Source: Candidatus Collierbacteria bacterium (GTDB taxonomy: Bacteria > Patescibacteriota > Microgenomatia > UBA1400 > MFAQ01). From it: a stretch of DNA of 62,604 nt. The notes below the pieces were generated by a model that saw nothing but the letters and a program-made list of their open reading frames with translations, searched no databases and had not been told where the DNA came from. Both the position numbers and the translations under genes were made by a program. Of this stretch, positions 56,533-62,604 are shown piece after piece. The stretch lies in contig CAISLM010000073.1 of assembly GCA_903886255.1 (NCBI GenBank), positions 1 through 62,604 on the forward strand, given 5' to 3'. How positions within the stretch are numbered: the stretch's first letter is position 1; every line of letters begins with the position of its first letter.

Positions 56533-57090
56533 ATGAAAAAAGAAATAATTGGAATATTAATTGGAAGTCTTCTTCTCGCCGGTTGCCAGTCTTCCAAACC
56601 GGAAGTTAACCCCGCCGATTTAATTCCCTATGTTCATCTTGGTGCCTCACCTATAGTTACTACGCCTACTACAACTCCTACAATATCTATATCGGCAACA
56701 CCAACATCTTCTCCATCCGCAGACATACCGGCAGGAGATGAAAAAGAGTTATATAAAGTAATGAACGTTTATGGCTGCAGTCTCACTGATTCTGCTGATT
56801 TTACTTTGGATAAAGAATATCTGATTACCAAGCTTTATACCTGGTATACCTGGCAAACAAATGAAACAGAAGTTTCCTACGATGTTCTAAATGCTGGCAA
56901 GGTTATTGCCTCGGGAAAGTTAACTCGAGACGCTTGTGATCCATATCAAACTCAATGGTGCGGTGCCATAGATAAGTCGTTCAACAAAAATCTTGTAAAA
57001 GGGGATTACATCTTAAAATTGGCCTCGGTTCGTATTTGCCAAAATTCCCAAAGTAAAGGAAAGGGATTCATCATAATCTCCGGAAAATAA
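56533..57090 (+). CDS. Putative lipoprotein with Thr/Pro linker
   Basis: Lipobox LLLAGC; TTPTTTPT linker; four Cys in the C-terminal domain. Confidence 0.75.
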   Translation: MKKEIIGILIGSLLLAGCQSSKPEVNPADLIPYVHLGASPIVTTPTTTPTISISATPTSSPSADIPAGDEKELYKVMNVYGCSLTDSADFTLDKEYLITKLYTWYTWQTNETEVSYDVLNAGKVIASGKLTRDACDPYQTQWCGAIDKSFNKNLVKGDYILKLASVRICQNSQSKGKGFIIISGK

Positions 57091-57128
57091 AAATAATATT
57101 CTAATAACATTTTTGCTATCATAAATTA

Positions 57129-58142
57129 ATGAAAGAAAAAATTAAGATCGCAGTTTCGGATTTTTCTCCACTTGTTATTGAAAAAGATGGTAGTTTTTCC
57201 GGGTTTGAAATCGATTTGTGGGAGAGAATCGCCCAAAATGTCGATGTTGATTACCAGTATGAAAAGCATGACTTCCAAGAAATAATCCCTCTCCTAGCCG
57301 ACAAAAAAGTTGATATCGGTTTGGCGGGAATTACCATCAACGAACAACGAGAAGAATTAATCGATTTCTCCTATCCCGATTTGGACTCTGGATTACTCGT
57401 TTTAGTAAACAAAAAGAAAAAGAAAATAAAGTTTTTGGATACTATCAAAACATTTTTCAAAGAAGGGCGTAGGTTGATAACGCAAGCATTGATGTCTGTT
57501 TTGATATTTATTTTATTTTTCGGCAATCTCCTATGGCTTGCGGAGCGCAGTGCCAGCACTTTTAGTAAAAATTATTTTCCCGGCATCTTCGAATCCTTTT
57601 GGCTTGTAATTTGTTCTATGTCCACTGACAGTTTTGGTGATTACGTCCCCCATACATGGCTGGGGAGAATCATCATTGTTGGGATTATTGTCGGTGGTGT
57701 TGCCATTTTTGGTCTTCTTATTGCCCAAGTTACAGCTTTCCTCGCCGTCAAGAAAATTCAAAATGATATAAATAATTACCACGATTTGACCGGTAGAAAA
57801 GTTGGGACTAAATCCGGATCAACCAGCATAGGTATTCTTCAGAAAATCGGCTGTCAAATAATTCAGTCAAAAACCATGGCCGAGGCTTACCACAAGTTAA
57901 AAAACCTTGAATTGGATGCAGTTGTCTTTGACGCTCCTGCCCTGGTCTATCTTGTAAACAATGAAGAAACTCAATTAGAAACAGTTGGTGATATTTTTGA
58001 CAAGCAACGTTATGGTATAGCGATGCAGCAAGGGAGTCCGTTAAGAGAAAAAATCAACCAGGCATTATTAAAGATTAGAGAGTCAGGAGAATACGATAAT
58101 CTTTATAAGAAATGGTTTGGAGACAACGACTTCATGGACTAG
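57129..58142 (+). CDS. GluR0-like ligand-gated ion channel (amino-acid binding domain split by a 2-TM pore)
   Basis: GFEIDLW, ITINEQREELIDFSYP (S1); M1, FESFWLVICSMSTDSFGDYVP, M2; VGTKSGS, DAPALVY, YGIAM (S2). Confidence 0.88.
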   Translation: MKEKIKIAVSDFSPLVIEKDGSFSGFEIDLWERIAQNVDVDYQYEKHDFQEIIPLLADKKVDIGLAGITINEQREELIDFSYPDLDSGLLVLVNKKKKKIKFLDTIKTFFKEGRRLITQALMSVLIFILFFGNLLWLAERSASTFSKNYFPGIFESFWLVICSMSTDSFGDYVPHTWLGRIIIVGIIVGGVAIFGLLIAQVTAFLAVKKIQNDINNYHDLTGRKVGTKSGSTSIGILQKIGCQIIQSKTMAEAYHKLKNLELDAVVFDAPALVYLVNNEETQLETVGDIFDKQRYGIAMQQGSPLREKINQALLKIRESGEYDNLYKKWFGDNDFMD

Positions 58143-58152
58143 TCTTTCCTTC

Positions 58153-58181
58153 TTGACAACGATATTTATTTGGACTAAAGT
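58153..58181 (+). promoter_or_regulatory. sigma70-type promoter
   Basis: TTGACA-17 nt-TAAAGT. Confidence 0.6.
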
Positions 58182-58237
58182 AATACTTTAGAAATGAATA
58201 TTGGGTTGATAAAACGTATATTATTAATCGTCAAGTG

Positions 58238-58262
58238 AATGGCCGAAAGGCCTATTTTTTTT
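58238..58262 (+). terminator. Intrinsic terminator or attenuator hairpin
   Basis: AATGGCC-GAAA-GGCCTA followed by T8. Confidence 0.65.
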
Positions 58263-58292
58263 GGCAAATTATCGGAAAGGAGGTGAATAAAT

Positions 58293-58451
58293 ATGGTAGA
58301 AAAAATGACGTTTGAATTTTCCGGATTGATAAAAGATCCCAAAAACAAAAAAGATATCGAATTTTTTGGTCACGATGCGGGTGAATTTTTTCCGGAAGAA
58401 ATTGAATTACTAATGGAAGAAAAAGAAGTCCCCAACGAAACTGACGAATAA
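58293..58451 (+). CDS. Small acidic protein, 52 aa (not in ORF track)
   Basis: Strong SD AAAGGAGGTGA; MVEKMTFEFSGLIKDPKNKKDIEFFGHDAGEFFPEEIELLMEEKEVPNETDE*. Confidence 0.6.
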   Translation: MVEKMTFEFSGLIKDPKNKKDIEFFGHDAGEFFPEEIELLMEEKEVPNETDE

Positions 58452-58455
58452 GTTA

Positions 58456-59058
58456 TCAAGGATTTACGGCATCGGCAAAAACAATCAACCGTTTACTATA
58501 ACTTTTTATATTCTTATTCCACACCCCATCACAAGTAATCAAGTTAAGGTGAGCCCCATCATTTTGACTAAATACTTCATCTGCGAGGCCCGGATTGTAT
58601 GCCTGCTTATCTCGAACTACAAAAACAAAAGTATTTCCTTGATCATCTTTTACCGTTAAAAAATCGCCCTTCACCAGTTTGTCTAAATTTGCAAATACCC
58701 CCGCTTCACCCAACTTTCCGTCCAAATGCCCTGCGATTACCGCACTACCCACTTCACCGGGGCGGGATCCCGGTTTAAACCATCCCACATCGACTATATT
58801 ATCCGGAACTTCCATTTGACCGGTTACTGATACGCCTAAGAGTTGAATATTTGCATTAACACCAATAGCCGGTATCCAAAGCTGCAAAGGTACACCGATT
58901 TTTACTTTTTGTCTAGGCTTAATGCTTAAAATTTGATTTTCAACTATCTGATATTTAGTAAAACTTTGGTAGACAAATCCGTAAGAAACGAACATTAGTA
59001 TCAAAGAAACTACCAAGAGGATATTTATAAATGAAGAACTCCGAACTTTATCTTTCAA
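58456..59058 (-). CDS. Class F sortase
   Basis: VGWFKPGSRPGEVGSAVIAGHLD, LNLITCDG, RLIVFA; TTG start overlaps the upstream TGA (TTGA). Confidence 0.9.
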   Translation of the reverse strand: MKDKVRSSSFINILLVVSLILMFVSYGFVYQSFTKYQIVENQILSIKPRQKVKIGVPLQLWIPAIGVNANIQLLGVSVTGQMEVPDNIVDVGWFKPGSRPGEVGSAVIAGHLDGKLGEAGVFANLDKLVKGDFLTVKDDQGNTFVFVVRDKQAYNPGLADEVFSQNDGAHLNLITCDGVWNKNIKSYSKRLIVFADAVNP

Positions 59059-60320
59059 TGTTTCGATGAATATCTATTTTTTCTCTGGAAGGTTGCGAGT
59101 ATAACCATTCCCGTCAACACACCGACACTAATGTATAAGGGTGTATTGTTTTCATTTGGATTAGCCCCGGTATTTGGTAGTCCTGGTGCTCCAACGAGCT
59201 TGGCCTGTCCTGTTGATGATATCTGGCCATAAGGCCCTATTTGACAGTCATTCCTTGCTGCCACCTGTACCCAGATTGGCTGATTTGCCGGAAGTGAACT
59301 GATAGTTGTCGAAAATCCTGTGACGTCAACGTTATAGATTAAGTTTCCCTCAGTCGTGCCATATCGGACATTAAATTTGTCGGTTCCGGAATAAGGACCC
59401 CAGCTTAGATAAATACTATTGGCATCAACTCTATGCGAATCAATTATTGCCGGTGCAACTACCCCGGGGATGATGGTCGGGCAAACATACACGGGTGGCA
59501 TTGCACCACCCGCAATTGAAGTAGGAATTGAAGTGGAAATTGGTGCTGGAGTCGTACAGGTAGGTTTTGAGATCTTTGTGTTGTTAATCGTTACATCTGC
59601 TGTATTTACCAAAAACCTTCCGTTAATTGTAGAACCACCATTATCAACAATTGATGCATTGGCCATTACTGTTCCTACGAACGTACTGCCGGTACCAAAC
59701 GTGGCGGAGGTTGGGACATACCAAAAGACATTACACGCTTGAGCACCATTTACTAGCGAAACAACACTTGATGAGGCAGTAATCAGGTCGGAGGCAGCTT
59801 GAAAAATAAAAACAGAATTGGAATTTCCCTGACCGTCAAGAGTTAATGTTCCGGTCAGATTAGCGGTTGTGGCATGGCTAAATCGATAAACACCATCGGT
59901 CAGTGTCTGGGTACCCAGTTGGTTGTCGCCTCCAGCCAGTGTTGTAAATGGTGTTCTCCCTCCTGCGTCACCATACGCCGTAGTCACATCACCTACCGCC
60001 GTGGTTAAAAGTCCTGGATCGGTTACTCTGCACGGGAGTGGCCCTGAACCGTCCACAGAATATATCGTTCCTGTAACCTCTGCGCAGGTAATTGTTGGAG
60101 AAGATGACCCCCAACCTGCTGGACTTAAACCAACGTTACCGGTGACAGTTGAAAGAACTGAATCAATCATGTGTGAATGAGCAATAATCGCAAACGGATC
60201 TGCAGTTCCCAGATTTACCGTTGTTGTTGCCGCCAAAACTGGTGTAGTCGCTCCAGAAAATATATAGGCAAAAATCAATAAAAATGCGGAAAATATCGTG
60301 GAAATTTTTTTAATTTTCAT
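59055..60320 (-). CDS. Ice-binding-family (DUF3494) protein with FN3-like domain and LPNTG sorting signal
   Basis: NLGTADPFAII, AYGDAGGR, NSVFIFQ, NGAQACNVFW; C-terminal LPNTG (59166-59180), TM helix and basic tail QRKNR. Confidence 0.9.
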   Translation of the reverse strand: MKIKKISTIFSAFLLIFAYIFSGATTPVLAATTTVNLGTADPFAIIAHSHMIDSVLSTVTGNVGLSPAGWGSSSPTITCAEVTGTIYSVDGSGPLPCRVTDPGLLTTAVGDVTTAYGDAGGRTPFTTLAGGDNQLGTQTLTDGVYRFSHATTANLTGTLTLDGQGNSNSVFIFQAASDLITASSSVVSLVNGAQACNVFWYVPTSATFGTGSTFVGTVMANASIVDNGGSTINGRFLVNTADVTINNTKISKPTCTTPAPISTSIPTSIAGGAMPPVYVCPTIIPGVVAPAIIDSHRVDANSIYLSWGPYSGTDKFNVRYGTTEGNLIYNVDVTGFSTTISSLPANQPIWVQVAARNDCQIGPYGQISSTGQAKLVGAPGLPNTGANPNENNTPLYISVGVLTGMVILATFQRKNRYSSKH

Positions 60321-60346
60321 ACCCTTTTCAAGATAATTATATATTC

Positions 60347-60374
60347 AGTCTATCAATTTTTATAGAAAAGTCAA
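60347..60374 (-). promoter_or_regulatory. Promoter of the 59055 IBP / sortase F pair
   Basis: Minus strand TTGACT-16 nt-TAGACT with extended TG. Confidence 0.5.
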
Positions 60375-60415
60375 GCGTGAAATGTAAAATATATCACAAA
60401 CAAAACAAACAGAAT

Positions 60416-61690
60416 TTAATGCTTGTTTCGAAAGAACACTAGCAGACCGGAAACAATTACAAATATGGCGACCGGAAGATACCAAGGCTTATCTTCACCG
60501 TTTGGGTCAAATCCGGTATTCGGCAAACCGGGATTACCGGTGTTCGGTAACCCTGGAGCCCCTGAATTTGTTGAAGCCACTCCACCCACTAATTTTGCTC
60601 CACCGTAATTTCCAATTTGGCAGTCATTTCTCGCCGCTATCTCCACCCAAATGGGCTGGTTGGAAGGCAGAGAATTAATTGTTGTTGAAAACCCGGTGAC
60701 GTCAGTGTTGTATAACCAATTTCCGTTCGTCGGACCAAATTTGACGTTAAATTTATCTGTTCCGGAAAAAGGACCCCAATTGATAAAAATGCTCGTCGCG
60801 CTAACTCTTCTCGATTCCGTAATGATAGGGGGAACAACACCCGTATCAATTGTCGGACAAACCGGATTCGGCGCCCCGCCGGAAGAGGTCGTTGTGGATG
60901 TGGAATTATCCGAAGATGTTGTTGTGGTTGATGTTTGGGTCGGTGTCGCAGTTGGGGTCGGTGTCGGAGCAACGGAACACGTTGTATCGATCGTATCCGT
61001 TGTTGTCGAAACTGTACCTCCAAACGCCAAAGCTCTTCCTTTCCATGTTACCGTGCTTCCGATTGTTATTCCGGAGGCATCAATGTCGGTACCCATCAAA
61101 GTGGAGTTTGCTCCCAATGTTGTCGCGCTGGTCGGCGCCCAAAATACATCACACGATGACGCCCCGTTAGAAAGTGTGACCACAGAACTGGAAACTGTCG
61201 TAAACGCGCCATTAATTTTAAATATATAAGTTCCGCTTCCCGATAAAGTTATTCCACCTGACCCAATCGAAGCCGCGCTGGCAGCTCCGGTGCAATACAC
61301 GCCCGGACCATAAATTCCGGCAGTACCATGTGTCGTGTCGGTCGAAAGATCAATTGCCCCTGCCGTGAAGGTAAAAGTACAGGCCTGTCCGTTTAGATTA
61401 GTCAAGGCGGAACCTTGGTCTGTCCCTGCCGTACTATATGTCCCATCGGCAACATGTGTTGTGCCGCTCACGGTGGGTGCCACTCCCGGAGGTGTGGTAT
61501 ATCCGAGGTCTCCGGTAATCGTGGTCCCTGAAACTGTATTGGTATAAGTACTGGAAAGAATTCCAAAGCTAGCCGCCTGTCCCAGATTTGGATTTGTTGC
61601 CGCATAAACAGGATTCTCAAGTAAGAAAAATACTAATGCAAATATAGTCAATAATTTCAAAATCGGAGCGTTATACTGTTTATTTTTCAT
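60416..61690 (-). CDS. Ice-binding-family (DUF3494) protein, paralog 2, with Thr-rich linker, FN3-like domain and tandem LPNTG motifs
   Basis: NLGQAASFGILS, GTYIFKING, NGASSCDVFW, GRALAFGG; GLPNTGNPGLPNTG, TM helix and FRNKH tail. Confidence 0.88.
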   Translation of the reverse strand: MKNKQYNAPILKLLTIFALVFFLLENPVYAATNPNLGQAASFGILSSTYTNTVSGTTITGDLGYTTPPGVAPTVSGTTHVADGTYSTAGTDQGSALTNLNGQACTFTFTAGAIDLSTDTTHGTAGIYGPGVYCTGAASAASIGSGGITLSGSGTYIFKINGAFTTVSSSVVTLSNGASSCDVFWAPTSATTLGANSTLMGTDIDASGITIGSTVTWKGRALAFGGTVSTTTDTIDTTCSVAPTPTPTATPTQTSTTTTSSDNSTSTTTSSGGAPNPVCPTIDTGVVPPIITESRRVSATSIFINWGPFSGTDKFNVKFGPTNGNWLYNTDVTGFSTTINSLPSNQPIWVEIAARNDCQIGNYGGAKLVGGVASTNSGAPGLPNTGNPGLPNTGFDPNGEDKPWYLPVAIFVIVSGLLVFFRNKH

Positions 61691-61691
61691 A

Positions 61692-62603
61692 TTAACACCT
61701 CAATATCTTCCAGAACATAATAAAAATTGAAATAATCAAAAGCGAGGATATTATTGAGTTCAAAGGACTATTAAACAAACTTGCGACCATCGAAAATATA
61801 TTTTGTTTGAATGTTGGCGACGCCTGAGAATTAATCGTCGAGGATTTGCCGCCTGCCGTCGGGGTCGGTGTCAACTTAGGTGTAATCGCTGTTTGTGGCA
61901 ATAATGGCTTCGCAATCACTTTAGCTGGCTGTGTTTTTACTACGACCGCTCCTTCAGATGGTATCGCATCCGTAAAAACTACCCGTCGATCCGGATAGCT
62001 GTCATTAACCTTATTCCAAACTCCTTCGCATGTGATGACATTCAAATGAGCCAATCCATCATTAGAGATAAAAACACTAGAGGAATCGGCATTTCTGTCA
62101 AACAATTTAATGGACTTTACAACAAAGGCTAAAGTATTGTTATTATCATCAACGATGTAGACTTTGTCGCCTACTTCCAACTTGCTTAAATTATAAAAAA
62201 CTTTTGGCACACCATTATCGATTCCGTAATGTCCTCCAATGACGGCGCTTCCCGGTTGGCCGGGGCGGGGACCGAGAGCATACCAGGCCACATTTACCGA
62301 TCCGGCCGGAACATCCATTCGCCCGTCCGGGGTAATATAAGCATCTTCAATGGCCGAATCCACGCCAATAACCGGAATTTTTAAACGAACCGGAAGTCCC
62401 CGGGGAACACCCCCCGGGTCCCGAATACTTGAATATGCAGAAGTATTAATTACTTGCCCTCCGGTGGTTAATAATGCAGATGGTATTTTCCAGCCCAGTG
62501 ATGAATCGGTCAGTGTTGGGTTAGTTTGGACAGTTTGCGGCAGGAATAACTGATTTCTAAACATCAACACCGTTCCAACTAGCACAAAGACAACCAATAT
62601 TGA
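61692..62603 (-). CDS. Class F sortase with Pro/Thr linker and C-terminal TM; 5' end lies beyond the window
   Basis: VAWYALGPRPGQPGSAVIGGHYG, LNVITCEG, RRVVF; the frame stays open to the window edge. Confidence 0.88.
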   Translation of the reverse strand, partial: SILVVFVLVGTVLMFRNQLFLPQTVQTNPTLTDSSLGWKIPSALLTTGGQVINTSAYSSIRDPGGVPRGLPVRLKIPVIGVDSAIEDAYITPDGRMDVPAGSVNVAWYALGPRPGQPGSAVIGGHYGIDNGVPKVFYNLSKLEVGDKVYIVDDNNNTLAFVVKSIKLFDRNADSSSVFISNDGLAHLNVITCEGVWNKVNDSYPDRRVVFTDAIPSEGAVVVKTQPAKVIAKPLLPQTAITPKLTPTPTAGGKSSTINSQASPTFKQNIFSMVASLFNSPLNSIISSLLIISIFIMFWKILRC

Positions 62604-62604
62604 A

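Noticed and set aside
58238-58285. c-di-GMP-I riboswitch (GGCAAA...GAAA resemblance)
   Set aside because: It lacks the second stem and the GCAAAG element; the GAAAGG overlaps the SD.
1-62604. UGA-to-Gly recoding as in Gracilibacteria/Absconditabacteria
   Set aside because: Core genes are full-length without internal TGA, and mltG, rpoC and others end in TGA at the expected position.
1-62604. tRNA, rRNA, tmRNA or RNase P genes
   Set aside because: No cloverleaf or T-loop signature was seen by eye, and intergenic gaps are short or otherwise explained. tRNAscan/Infernal would be definitive.

Overview
The window comes from a Patescibacteria/CPR genome, most likely Microgenomates. This is an inference from the missing rpmD (L30), an AlaRS without its C-Ala domain, a short RpoC, ribosomal proteins with Lys-rich tails and core genes without Shine-Dalgarno (SD) sites. 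TGA is used as stop, so genetic code 11 applies. The backbone is the core information-processing supercluster: alaS ... ruvX-mltG-rpoB-rpoC-rpsL-rpsG // fusA-tuf-S10/spc genes-rplO // secY-adk-map // infA-rpmJ-rpsM-rpsK-rpsD-rpoA-rplQ-rplM-rpsI. Accessory blocks interrupt it at three normally tight junctions. (1) rpsG|fusA, 9.1 kb: DEAH helicase, a CCA/poly(A)-polymerase-like nucleotidyltransferase, a VWA lipoprotein and others. (2) rplO|secY, 2.6 kb: small orphan cassettes separated by a repeated CCCACCC/GGGTGGG hairpin. (3) map|infA, 7.9 kb: a giant DUF2341/LamG/FN3 surface protein and a MacB-type ABC transporter. The right end holds envelope genes: a bactofilin-like protein, lipoproteins, a GluR0-like channel with an atypical filter, and a sortase F / two LPNTG-tagged ice-binding (DUF3494) proteins / sortase F cluster. 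Highlights are a structured GTCATTGC...GCAATC repeat family (8 copies, compensatory stem changes) found only at ribosomal-operon junctions, self-contained SD-led orphan cassettes that share a promoter module, the sortase F/DUF3494 cluster, the helicase/nucleotidyltransferase pair, and strongly substituted RNA polymerase drug-binding and active-centre motifs. I saw no tRNA, rRNA, CRISPR array, integrase or transposase. Family assignments come from motif recognition by eye; no database search was run.
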